DNA from: a virus
Lineage: Duplodnaviria > Caudoviricetes
Length of the DNA: 44,787 bases
Reading direction: 5' to 3' (one strand)
IMG/VR virus record: IMGVR_UViG_3300037524_000256
Coordinates: 1-44,787 of that record
In this document: positions 34,599-43,150 of the stretch, in pieces
Layout: each line of letters begins with the position of its first letter
Position numbering within the stretch: position 1 is the first letter of the stretch
Made by a program: the position numbers and the translations under genes
The notes under the pieces: generated by a model
What the model saw: only the letters and a program-made list of their open reading frames with translations
Told to the model about the DNA's origin: nothing
Database searches by the model: none

Positions 34599-35915
34599 TC
34601 AGAGTGTGAGCATGACGCGCTGCGCGTCCTGCGGGCCAAATCGGCGGTAGGTATCCCCCACCGTGTAGAAACTCACCGGCAAGCCGGAGGCGTTGGTGTA
34701 ATTGCCGTCGGCAGTCACGAACAGGTAACAGGTTGTATTGAGCGGGAGCGTGGAACGTACAGCCGTAAACGTCACGGAGGTCGCGCCCCATGCCGTTACC
34801 GTCTGCGTGATCGCCCCTGCGTCTGCGACGTTATCGGTCGGGCTGATCTTGACCGAGCCGGTGCCCTGCGATGCGCCGAAGTTCGCGCCCGTGATGACGA
34901 TGCCCGTTTCCCCGTTGGTGAACGTACCGTCGCCAGCGTCGGTGATCGTCGGGGAAGCGCCGCCGCCGCCAGTTTCATACTCGTGCGCGCCGATATCGTT
35001 ACGGGTTGTTCCCGACAATGCGCCGTCAATGTCCAATGTGACGGCACCGCCATATGCCGGCGTCGAGTTGCCGTACAGGTCAGTCCCCGCATCGACCATC
35101 GCCTGTCCACCGGAACCTGATGACAGGTGGTAATCGTCATTGGCCGAATCTGCGAACGGGTTCGAGATGCTTTGCAGGCCCGACGACCCGGACGTATCGC
35201 CAGAGGCGCACGTCGTCATTGTCCACGATCCGCTATCGCCGGTCAGGAAGTCGGTTCCGCCGCCGGTCCCATACGCAAGGCAGTTCGTCGCCGTCACTGC
35301 GGCCCAACGAGCCTCAAACGCGCCGTACGAGGCGCTTGCCGCCTGATTGCAGTACGCCGCCGTGCAATTGAGAATGTAATTTGGCGTTGCACTCACGCCG
35401 ACATAGAAACCACTGCGTCGGCACTCGTAAGCAATACAGTTCTTAAATACGCAGTAATTGGTGCCAGTGACGTCAATGAGAAATCCATTTCGCCCATCCG
35501 TGCCAGTGTTTGATTTCGCAAGACAGCCGTCCGCGACGCAGTAATCCGCCGACAACTTCAGCCCTGATCCAATGTTGCTCGTAATGAGAAACTGGAGCCC
35601 GATAATCTGCGTGTATTGCGTCGTGACGTTGAGCGTGGGATTCGCGCTATATCCCACGTAATACGCCGTCGTGGTATTGGGCACGCCGCTGTGCCGGTCA
35701 ACTGCCACGACCTTGATGTAATTCGACGACGTTGGGTTCGTAAACGCCGGCCAGCTAACAGTAGTCGTGTCGCCGCCCGAAATGTAGTAACACTCGATGG
35801 TCAGGACACCACCGGCAGTGGTGAGGTCGGGGCGGGCCGAAAATTCCGCCGCCAGAGCAGCATTCAGGCTGGCATACGTCTTGCCATCGCCAACGGTTAC
35901 TGTCCGGTCAGCCAT
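34599..35915 (-). CDS. Beta-helix protein with C-terminal IPT/TIG-like domain
   Basis: Parallel beta-helix repeats; PF.D....DYHL...DAG...DIGAHEY; IVITGANFGASQGTGSV...W..TSVTF. Confidence 0.7.
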   Translation of the reverse strand: MADRTVTVGDGKTYASLNAALAAEFSARPDLTTAGGVLTIECYYISGGDTTTVSWPAFTNPTSSNYIKVVAVDRHSGVPNTTTAYYVGYSANPTLNVTTQYTQIIGLQFLITSNIGSGLKLSADYCVADGCLAKSNTGTDGRNGFLIDVTGTNYCVFKNCIAYECRRSGFYVGVSATPNYILNCTAAYCNQAASASYGAFEARWAAVTATNCLAYGTGGGTDFLTGDSGSWTMTTCASGDTSGSSGLQSISNPFADSANDDYHLSSGSGGQAMVDAGTDLYGNSTPAYGGAVTLDIDGALSGTTRNDIGAHEYETGGGGASPTITDAGDGTFTNGETGIVITGANFGASQGTGSVKISPTDNVADAGAITQTVTAWGATSVTFTAVRSTLPLNTTCYLFVTADGNYTNASGLPVSFYTVGDTYRRFGPQDAQRVMLTL

Positions 35916-37534
35916 TAAGATCTCACTCCAATTTGATCGGTCTGCCCCGCCGTGATGTACGCACCGCAGTTGATTGGCGAGCTGGTTCCGTTGCCGAGCA
36001 GGTTTAACACGTCGGTGCCGAAGTTCCGCGCCCCCGCGCCGGTCGCAAGCCTGAAATCGCCAGTTGCTGGCGACACCAACTGAGGATCGAGCTGCGAACT
36101 ATTGGGATCATTGAACCGTGGCGAGCCTTGCCACGCCGAAAAACTAACGCCGCGCCCGATGTTCCCGACAGCCCAGTAGAAATTGCGGTCGAAATCCTGA
36201 TTCTCGAAGTTCGTTGCATAGGCCGTTTCGTAAATGTAATCGCCGGACATGGTGTGCCAGATGTTATTCCGCCACACGACACCCGTCAGGTCAGGACCGG
36301 AGGTGTAATAATTCTGGCCGAAACCTGAGCCCCCTGTCGCCGTCCAGTTGTAGAACGTGTTATTGACCATACGCACGTTCCGATTCGACGCGCCAATTTC
36401 ACCATTCCACGTATTTGCCATCCCGCTCGTATTCGTGATGTCTGTTACAAGGTTCTGATACACGTCTACATAGAGGGATGCGCTTGAGACGTTGACTCTG
36501 AAGAAGTAGAACGGGTGATTTGTGTCGCTTATTCGATTGTGATGAATGCTGCCACCGTCGCAGCCAATGCCGTTCACAGCCCCCTTCAGGAATATCGCCT
36601 CGTTCAAATCACTGAACGTGTTATGGTGGATCTCGAAGTTACGCAGCGCATAAAACAAAATCGCGGAATGTTGGTGCGTAACCGGACGCGCAGAGTTTCT
36701 GAAGATGCAGTCCGCAATCTCTAGGGTATTGACCTCTTGCCCCCAGATTCCGCCCCACATGGCATTTGAGTACGGAGCCATGTCGCCCATGTCGAACGCG
36801 CAGCGCAAAATTCTCACGTTGTTCATGCCGCGCATTAGAAACAGCGAATAACCATCACTGCCGTCCTGCAACGAGTACGGAGCGCGTGCCTCGAACTGAA
36901 ACCCGTCAATTGTCGTGTAACTTCCGCCGGTTCCGTACCTCTGGCCCATTAACGATCCGGTGCCGCTTGCTGTTCGCAGGATCGTGCGTTGTGCATCACT
37001 TGACGCGGAAATCGCCGGAGACTGCGCAAAGTGAATAATCGGGTTGCCAGCCGTCCCATTGTTCGCGAGCACCAACGCAGGCAAAGGAAGAGAACAATTC
37101 AGCAAATAGACGCCCGGCCCCCACTGCACGACGTTGCCGGCCTGCGCGTTGGCTACGGCCTGCTGCGCAGTCCACGGATTGCCGATTGTTCCGTCACCGC
37201 TGCCGCTTGCGGTCGCGGTCACGTAGTGCGTCGGCGTATATGTCGCACCTCCGGATGTCGTGACCTGAATCGACGCCTCTGCGCTCGCGACACCCGAGCC
37301 GCCCACCACCGGGCGCACCGCGTAGGTGTAGGACGTGCCCGCCGTGTGGCCGCTGTTGCTGTACGTCGTGCCCGTGGGCGTGGAAAGCAGCGTGCCGTTC
37401 CGCCGCACCTGGTACGCCGTCGCGCCGGGGTACGCATCCCATGCGAGCGCGATGGTCGTCTGCGTCACCGACGTGGTGCGCAGGTTTTGCAGCGTCGCCG
37501 CGACAACTGAAAGCGAAAAAGTACGAACCGTCAC
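35915..37534 (-). CDS. Fn3 plus right-handed beta-helix protein
   Basis: IALAWDA...AT.YQVRRNG...TSYTYAVRP; YV...G.GDGT..NPW; IHHN repeats; DPQLV....GDFRL. Confidence 0.75.
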   Translation of the reverse strand: MTVRTFSLSVVAATLQNLRTTSVTQTTIALAWDAYPGATAYQVRRNGTLLSTPTGTTYSNSGHTAGTSYTYAVRPVVGGSGVASAEASIQVTTSGGATYTPTHYVTATASGSGDGTIGNPWTAQQAVANAQAGNVVQWGPGVYLLNCSLPLPALVLANNGTAGNPIIHFAQSPAISASSDAQRTILRTASGTGSLMGQRYGTGGSYTTIDGFQFEARAPYSLQDGSDGYSLFLMRGMNNVRILRCAFDMGDMAPYSNAMWGGIWGQEVNTLEIADCIFRNSARPVTHQHSAILFYALRNFEIHHNTFSDLNEAIFLKGAVNGIGCDGGSIHHNRISDTNHPFYFFRVNVSSASLYVDVYQNLVTDITNTSGMANTWNGEIGASNRNVRMVNNTFYNWTATGGSGFGQNYYTSGPDLTGVVWRNNIWHTMSGDYIYETAYATNFENQDFDRNFYWAVGNIGRGVSFSAWQGSPRFNDPNSSQLDPQLVSPATGDFRLATGAGARNFGTDVLNLLGNGTSSPINCGAYITAGQTDQIGVRS

Positions 37535-39990
37535 GGGCGCACCCTCGGCCCGATGTACTGAGTGGCAAGTACAACGTGGTTAATGCGGAAGTGCATGTTG
37601 CCCGCGCCAATCGGGTGCGAGGCTTGCCCGCCCAAGTACCAGTTCGTGTTGACGCCCTTGATGCCCATCGCCGGGTGCCGACGCCACTTGTAGTCCGCTT
37701 GGCTGCTGACCTTTACGCCGTTCACCCACGTTTCGAGCAGGCCGTCTGCGTTCGCGATGCCGTTGCCGTAAGCATCCGGCGAGGTCAGGTCAATCGTATT
37801 CAGCCGGCACCGCTGCTCGATGCAGTACCACCGGCCCCGGCGGAACTTCATGTCAACGATGTCCGTATACGGGCGCATCGCGGGGTTTACGTCTGTGTCA
37901 ATCTGATAGTTATAGCCCAGCCACGGGCGCAAATCGGTGTACGGCCCGTCCGCGAGGAATACGCCAGACTCCATGCGCTGGTAATTCCCGCGATAAATGT
38001 GCGCGTCCGTCACTCGCGAGTCGGTGAACGGGTAGGTATGCGTTCCGTCGCCTGGATTTCCCCCGTTTCCGCCGACGTTCTGCCAATACCCGCCGTTCTC
38101 GTTGTCCGAAACGATCCAGTACCCAAACCGAAGATCCCACGAAATGCCCATCTTGTTAGCTTCGATGGTGCTCGTGAAATCGTCCTCCAGCATGACGTAC
38201 ATGCGGTAGTACAAATCGTCTTTGTACGTCGCCGTGTCTATCGGATAGCCCGGCTCGTCAAAGTCGGGGAACATGACCGTATAAGACGCCTTCAGCGCCT
38301 CGCGTCGCGGGTCGGTGCCCGTCTGAACGGGGACAAACTCGCCGCGCCAGTATGAAGTCCCCGGCGCGGCAGCATCGGGGACAATCGAAACCGCGTTGCG
38401 AGCTTCAAACGTCCACAACTGCGGCACGTTCCACGTACTCGCGGAACCACTCAGCGAAGTCCGGGTCGCGCCCGTGAAATTGCCAGCCTTCAGCACGCGA
38501 GAATCCGCGCCGAAGTTGTCGCCGGGGAACGATGCCGCCAAGCCCGGCACCGGCGTGTCGGTCGGCTTCAACCCCACTTGGAACGTCGGCGGGTTCGCCT
38601 CGAATACGCGAATCGCCGTGCTTGTTCCCGACCGCGTAAGGACGTGAAGCTGCATCGTCGCGGACAGCACCGTGCCCGTGACGCCGTTGAGGTTGAACCG
38701 AACGATTCCGCGCCGGGATGAGTTGAGTACGCCTGACGTGCGCGTGTTCGACGGCAGGCTCGTGCCCGGAGGCCAGCCCCAAGTCGTCATCGCAGAGCAG
38801 GGGCAGTTGAACGTCCCCGCCGAAGTCACCACCTGTAGCGTCGGTGGGTTCGTCCCCAATCGACCGGAGATGCTGACGTTGGGAGATGACCCGCCCAGAC
38901 TCAGGTAGAAGCCTTTGTTTTGCCCCGTGGTGACGGCGCGGCTAACGAGCGTTGCAACGTCAAACGAATACGTTGTCGCTGCCGTGGGGGTTGTGACCGA
39001 AACAAACGGTGTCGTTCCCTGAGCTACGCCGTTGGCGTCCGTGAAGTCTCCCACATTCACGTTCACCCAACGAACCCATAGATCCGGGTTCCAGTAATCC
39101 CATTTGGGCGAGCTAACGCCGTCATCCCACACTTGGAACTGCTCGACCTGTACCTCGGGCTCGATCACCGGCTCGTACTCGCCCGTCGAAGGCTGCGCCG
39201 TGGTCGTGACCGTGACTGTTGCGCTGTACGCACCAGAATGCACGCCGTTGGTCCCGCGCACGCGGAAGTAGTACGTGGTGCTTTCCGAGAGCCCCGTCAC
39301 TGCATACGACGGGTCGGTCGGGTTGGCAATCTGCGTCCACGTCGTTCCGTCCGTGGACTGCTCGACATGGTAGGACGTGGCATACGGCGCCGCCGTCCAC
39401 GACAGGTCCAGCGAGGTGGGGTACACGTTCGACGCCGCGAGGCCCGTCACCTGCACAATCAGGTTCGACAGGTCCACGGATACCGTATAGCTACCGACCG
39501 CGACGCCCGTCGTGGTCAGCACGCCCGTGGACTGCCCGACCGTCATCCCCGAAGGCCCGGAGACGAGCGTATAGGCCGGCGAGCCGCTGCCCGTGGAGGC
39601 GAACTGCGACAGGTCCACCGTGCCGCCCGCCGTGATCGTGCCGAGCGCATAGGTGGTGTCAGGGATCGTCCAGCCAAAGACCGAGGCCGTGGTCGCCGTG
39701 ACAACCGACGAAAACGCCCCGATATACCCCTCGTTGTCCACCGCACGGACCCGGTACTGGTACTGAGTCGCGGGCGTGAGCCCCGTATCGGTGTAGGTCA
39801 GGGCCGACACACTCGCAAGCGCCGAAAATCCGCCGCCGCCCGTGGCCCGTTCAAGCTGGTAGCCCGAAATGCCGTTTGGATCAGTCACCGCCTGCCAATC
39901 GACGCGAATCGACACAGCCGACAGCACGGTGGCAGTCGGCAGCGCGGGCGCGGGTGGCGGGTAGATGTCGACCTTGGCGGTGATGAGCAC
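37531..39990 (-). CDS. Large Fn3-repeat protein with C-terminal ConA-like/polysaccharide-lyase-like domain
   Basis: Two Fn3 domains (YTDTGL.P.T.YQYRVRAVD; GLSESTTYYFRVRG); LYYRMYVML, WYCIEQ...LN, DGLLETWVNG. Confidence 0.75.
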   Translation of the reverse strand: MLITAKVDIYPPPAPALPTATVLSAVSIRVDWQAVTDPNGISGYQLERATGGGGFSALASVSALTYTDTGLTPATQYQYRVRAVDNEGYIGAFSSVVTATTASVFGWTIPDTTYALGTITAGGTVDLSQFASTGSGSPAYTLVSGPSGMTVGQSTGVLTTTGVAVGSYTVSVDLSNLIVQVTGLAASNVYPTSLDLSWTAAPYATSYHVEQSTDGTTWTQIANPTDPSYAVTGLSESTTYYFRVRGTNGVHSGAYSATVTVTTTAQPSTGEYEPVIEPEVQVEQFQVWDDGVSSPKWDYWNPDLWVRWVNVNVGDFTDANGVAQGTTPFVSVTTPTAATTYSFDVATLVSRAVTTGQNKGFYLSLGGSSPNVSISGRLGTNPPTLQVVTSAGTFNCPCSAMTTWGWPPGTSLPSNTRTSGVLNSSRRGIVRFNLNGVTGTVLSATMQLHVLTRSGTSTAIRVFEANPPTFQVGLKPTDTPVPGLAASFPGDNFGADSRVLKAGNFTGATRTSLSGSASTWNVPQLWTFEARNAVSIVPDAAAPGTSYWRGEFVPVQTGTDPRREALKASYTVMFPDFDEPGYPIDTATYKDDLYYRMYVMLEDDFTSTIEANKMGISWDLRFGYWIVSDNENGGYWQNVGGNGGNPGDGTHTYPFTDSRVTDAHIYRGNYQRMESGVFLADGPYTDLRPWLGYNYQIDTDVNPAMRPYTDIVDMKFRRGRWYCIEQRCRLNTIDLTSPDAYGNGIANADGLLETWVNGVKVSSQADYKWRRHPAMGIKGVNTNWYLGGQASHPIGAGNMHFRINHVVLATQYIGPRVRP

Positions 39991-39991
39991 G

Positions 39992-40078
39992 TCAGCCCCA
40001 GGTGTGAATCCAGATGGCGCAGAACGTGACGACGAGGGCCAGCAGTGCGGCTAGCATGGTTTCGGCAGTTGTTCGCAT
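39992..40078 (-). CDS. 28-aa single-TM micro-protein, first late ORF
   Basis: GGTGA RBS; MRTTAETMLAALLALVVTFCAIWIHTWG*; stops 1 nt before next start. Confidence 0.5.
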   Translation of the reverse strand: MRTTAETMLAALLALVVTFCAIWIHTWG

Positions 40079-40264
40079 AAGTCACCGAAAGGACCGGCCC
40101 CGCGCTCGCGGTCTGTGCCTAAGTGTGGCGCGACAAGTGTGGGCCGGGGCGGGGCCGGGTTTGTACAAAGCCCCGCAGCGACGAACGCCAGCGGGGAAAA
40201 CCGCGACAGGCTGGGTAGCAAGCTGCGCGGAGCCTTGACCGGGAGGGAGTCAAGGCATCAGGGG

Positions 40265-40303
40265 AAATGAAAAGGGCCTGCGCTTTTTACGGACGCAAGC
40301 CCT
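40265..40303 (-). terminator. tR'-like terminator just after late promoter
   Basis: AGGGCTTGCG...CGCAGGCCCT-TTTCATTT. Confidence 0.75.
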
Positions 40304-40313
40304 CTGAGGCGAC

Positions 40314-40342
40314 AAAATACGCTTGTCTCGACCCGAAGTCAA
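40314..40342 (-). promoter_or_regulatory. pR'-like late promoter
   Basis: TTGACT-17bp-TATTTT overlapping stop of Q-like gene. Confidence 0.7.
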
Positions 40343-40821
40343 GCGGCTCGGACTCGTCGGCTGACGTGCTCTGCGGCATCCAGTAACCACCGGGTGAATT
40401 CGGCCTGAATCGCCGCGTACTGGTGGCTCACCACCCGCCGCCACACGTCGGACTCCACCGACAGGCACCGAGCCCGAAGCTCGGGCGACGCCTGAAACAC
40501 CGCCGGCCTGCGCTCGTCGGCCAGGAACAGGCTGACCAGTTCTTCTGCAAACCGGGTTTTCTCGCCACTGATCCGCTCGACCCTCTGCGCCCATTGCTGC
40601 CGCTCCCGCTCGGCCAGCAGGTATTCAAGCAGGCCGGTTCTGAGCGTGGGCCATACGGAATCATCGCCTGCGAAGCTGTACAGGGCGGCGGCGAACGGAA
40701 GCCGGGGAAGCCCCTTGCAGGCAATGGCGAGGTCAGCCGGGGTCATCTCCGGCATCCCCCGGCTAATAGCGTCCAAGTTGACGCCCTTCGGCGCGGCAAG
40801 CCCCCACAGCCGTTCACTCAC
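40339..40821 (-). CDS. Putative late-gene regulator (Q-like antiterminator)
   Basis: GTG 40821; P.MTPADLA.A motif, C-terminal HTH-like segment; directly upstream of promoter plus terminator. Confidence 0.6.
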   Translation of the reverse strand: MSERLWGLAAPKGVNLDAISRGMPEMTPADLAIACKGLPRLPFAAALYSFAGDDSVWPTLRTGLLEYLLAERERQQWAQRVERISGEKTRFAEELVSLFLADERRPAVFQASPELRARCLSVESDVWRRVVSHQYAAIQAEFTRWLLDAAEHVSRRVRAA

Positions 40822-41287
40822 AGACCGCACCTCCGCTTGTTTTCGGCCCGCAGCTCGCGCCATGCAGCGCCAGAATCCACGCGAGCGCCTGACCGGACCT
40901 GACGTGCCGCCCACTCACGAAAACCGTCGAAACGCCTTGCAGGCGAGCGAGGGCGCATTTCTCGAAGTCGGCCTCCATCCCCGCCCCCCGGCTGTGCCGG
41001 CCCGCCGTCCAGATTCCGCCCTGAACCTCGACCGCCGTCCGGATCGCCGGAAAGTAGAAGTCGTGCCTGAAGCGCCTGCCAGGCACGAGTCCCGCCTGCT
41101 TTTCGTACTGCGTAAACCCGACTGAGCGGAGTTGGGCGTCGAGTTGCGCCTCCAAGGCCGAGCCAGAACCGGCCCCTTTCGGTAAGCCCGTTCGCGTCGG
41201 CGTAGCCCTTGATCCGCGCCCACTGGAGCGCAGCCCGCCCCGGCTTCCCCGCCTTCCACTGCTCACGGAACCGCCCCACCCCGACAC
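40814..41287 (-). CDS. PD-(D/E)xK endonuclease (Vsr/DUF559-like); start uncertain
   Basis: SALE...RRFRHDFYFP....AVEVQGG.W..GRH.RG.G...D.EK..LA...G. Confidence 0.8.
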   Translation of the reverse strand: MSGWGGSVSSGRRGSRGGLRSSGRGSRATPTRTGLPKGAGSGSALEAQLDAQLRSVGFTQYEKQAGLVPGRRFRHDFYFPAIRTAVEVQGGIWTAGRHSRGAGMEADFEKCALARLQGVSTVFVSGRHVRSGQALAWILALHGASCGPKTSGGAVCE

Positions 41288-41289
41288 GG

Positions 41290-41457
41290 TTAGCCATGCC
41301 TCGCCTGCCAGTCGGCTATCGCCTTGCTCAAGGCGTTCTGATACGCCTGCGCCGCGTCTAACCGCTCCCGCTCGGCCTTCTCAAGCCGCAACCGGGCTTT
41401 GATGACCTCCGGATCACGCTCGACCTCGGGCTCGATCCAATCGCGGTAGAACGTCAC
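41290..41457 (-). CDS. Small helical hypothetical protein
   Basis: MTFYRDWIEPEVERDPEVIKARLRLEKAERERL...HG*; GTGA coupling; not in ORF track. Confidence 0.55.
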   Translation of the reverse strand: MTFYRDWIEPEVERDPEVIKARLRLEKAERERLDAAQAYQNALSKAIADWQARHG

Positions 41458-41549
41458 AGGATGACCGCCGCCAGCGCCATGCCCAGAATCAGGCCGAACC
41501 CGCAGGCGAGCATCAGCCCGGTGAAGAATCGTTCTGCGTCTCGATCCAT
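41454..41549 (-). CDS. 31-aa single-TM protein
   Basis: GGAGG RBS; MDRDAERFFTGLMLACGFGLILGMALAAVIL. Confidence 0.55.
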   Translation of the reverse strand: MDRDAERFFTGLMLACGFGLILGMALAAVIL

Positions 41550-41680
41550 GCCTGAACCCTCCGTTTGAACGCTTCCGCCTCGTCGTCTGTAAGCTCCCTT
41601 TCCGCGACCTCCATAGGGGCCGGGAACGGCAGCACGTCCCATGCGGTGCTTTTTGAGTTGTGTTCGAAGTAGCTACTCAC
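41513..41680 (-). CDS. Hypothetical protein
   Basis: GTG 41680 overlapping upstream stop. Confidence 0.45.
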   Translation of the reverse strand: MSSYFEHNSKSTAWDVLPFPAPMEVAERELTDDEAEAFKRRVQAWIETQNDSSPG

Positions 41681-41966
41681 GGCCGCTGTCCGCTGCGAGG
41701 AAGGCGTCGATGCGCTCGTTGAGTTCGACCCACAGATGCTCGCCGTCACGAATGTCCCGCAGCAGCGCCTCGGCCTCGGCTAGCCGCGTGCGCAGGATCG
41801 CGTTCGCCTCGCCCAAATGCGTCAAATTGTGATTGTCAGTCTCGGCTTCTCTGCGCAGGCGCTCGATTTCGTCGGCTGCGTACAACTCAAGGCTTTGCGT
41901 TTCGTACAGGTGCGGGTTTTCGACTCGGCGTGCGTCAGCCCGCAGTCTGTCCACGATGTCACTCAC
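41673..41966 (-). CDS. Hypothetical protein (DIVDRLR...AADEIERLR phage accessory type)
   Basis: GTG 41966; characteristic motif. Confidence 0.65.
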   Translation of the reverse strand: MSDIVDRLRADARRVENPHLYETQSLELYAADEIERLRREAETDNHNLTHLGEANAILRTRLAEAEALLRDIRDGEHLWVELNERIDAFLAADSGRE

Positions 41967-42171
41967 GGCTGTCGTCCTCGCAAAGCGCCTGACACCGCGC
42001 CAGCGTGTCGATCTCCACGCAGACGCAGTGCGGGCCATCCTCGTGCTTGCGAGTCCTGCGCCCCTCGTACCAACGCCGGGGACCGCGCTCGTTTACGTCG
42101 TACTCGCCCCAAATCTCGTAACGCTTGCAGGCGGACCGCCAGTGGTTTTTCCCTATCTCGGACCATTTCAT
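41959..42171 (-). CDS. Hypothetical protein
   Basis: AAGGGG RBS, ATG 42171. Confidence 0.5.
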   Translation of the reverse strand: MKWSEIGKNHWRSACKRYEIWGEYDVNERGPRRWYEGRRTRKHEDGPHCVCVEIDTLARCQALCEDDSRE

Positions 42172-42204
42172 CGGACGCCCCTTTGTGCTAAACTGCGCGG
42201 TTGC

Positions 42205-42233
42205 TTGCATTGTCAATCTGGGTTTGATATAAT
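42205..42233 (+). promoter_or_regulatory. Strong antisense sigma70 promoter
   Basis: TTGCAT-17bp-TATAAT with extended TG. Confidence 0.75.
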
Positions 42234-42548
42234 CGGGCCAACCGCGAGGGTACGGTCCTTTGCCCCAATGCCCCCGGTGACAGACCCGCAGGCTTGGCCA
42301 CCTAGCGGGTCTGTTGCTTTCTGGCCCCACCCCATCCGTCGCTTGAAATCAGCCCACCCCGCGAGCCACGCGGGCCACAGGTGCTTCGGCGTCTTGCGGC
42401 ACCACTCCCGCCACTGCGCCTCCATCCGCAGCGCATCGCGCTGGTCGAGGTACTGCAAGGCGACAACGTGCCCGTTGTGCAGCGGCATGGACTTCCAGGC
42501 TTCCAGCGTGGCTGCGTCCCATGCCTTTGCGGTGCTGTAGGGGTTCAT
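42213..42548 (-). CDS. Hypothetical Trp-rich protein
   Basis: GGGAGG RBS; ATGA coupling to methylase remnant stop. Confidence 0.55.
   Translation of the reverse strand: MNPYSTAKAWDAATLEAWKSMPLHNGHVVALQYLDQRDALRMEAQWREWCRKTPKHLWPAWLAGWADFKRRMGWGQKATDPLGGQACGSVTGGIGAKDRTLAVGPIISNPD
42240..42321 (+). ncRNA. Putative ~80-nt small/antisense RNA
   Basis: Bounded by the promoter and hairpin ACAGACCCGC...GCGGGTCTGT-TGCTTTC. Confidence 0.5.
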
Positions 42549-42616
42549 GCGAACAGCCTCCCCTGCGCGTAGGCTGCGGCGATGCGCTCGCAGGCGATGT
42601 CGAAATACTTGCGCTC
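42545..42616 (-). pseudogene. Orphaned original 3' end of the DNA methylase
   Basis: ERKYFDIACERIAAAYAQGRLFA* vs current end ERYFQIACERIDAAYRQQRLFS. Confidence 0.8.
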
Positions 42617-42640
42617 GCTCCCTGTGATATACTTAGACGC

Positions 42641-43150
42641 ATGAGAAACAAGCCAGTTGAAATCATTTGCCAGCACTGCAAAAAGCTGGTGACGATGCAC
42701 TCGTATCGTTTGAAAAATGGCACTGGCAAATTCTGTAGTCGCGCCTGTTACCTCGCGCACAGGTGGCCGAATTCCGGCAAATGCAAAGAATGCGGCAAGC
42801 CATCTAAAACACGGTTCTGTACGCCACGATGCCAAAAGAACTATTGGAATAAGCATGGGTACAGCGTGCATCGACACGCGAGTAATTGGGCAAGGAAGTT
42901 CGCGCTGATCGCGGCGCTTGGCGGAAAATGTGCCGAGTGCGGCTTCGACGACCATCGAGCTTTGGACGTTGACCATATCGACCCGACAAGGAAAATCAGG
43001 CCGAAAGACGGTAATTACACGTGGGCGCGGCGCTTCGCGGACTGGACCGCCAACAAGGAAAACATCCGGCTTTTGTGCGCAAATTGCCATCGGCTACATA
43101 CCTGGGAATCCAGAGGCTTCGGGCCGCGTGACGGGCTCGTCGCTGAATAG
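42641..43150 (+). CDS. Antisense HNH endonuclease with Zn fingers, probably leaderless
   Basis: TGaTATACT + 7 nt + ATG; CQHC, FCSRAC, CKEC, GGKCAECG...LDVDHIDP...N..LLCANCHR. Confidence 0.85.
   Translation: MRNKPVEIICQHCKKLVTMHSYRLKNGTGKFCSRACYLAHRWPNSGKCKECGKPSKTRFCTPRCQKNYWNKHGYSVHRHASNWARKFALIAALGGKCAECGFDDHRALDVDHIDPTRKIRPKDGNYTWARRFADWTANKENIRLLCANCHRLHTWESRGFGPRDGLVAE

Noticed and set aside
42545-43090. 181-aa minus-strand ORF
   Set aside because: Antisense shadow of the HNH joined in frame to the stranded methylase end
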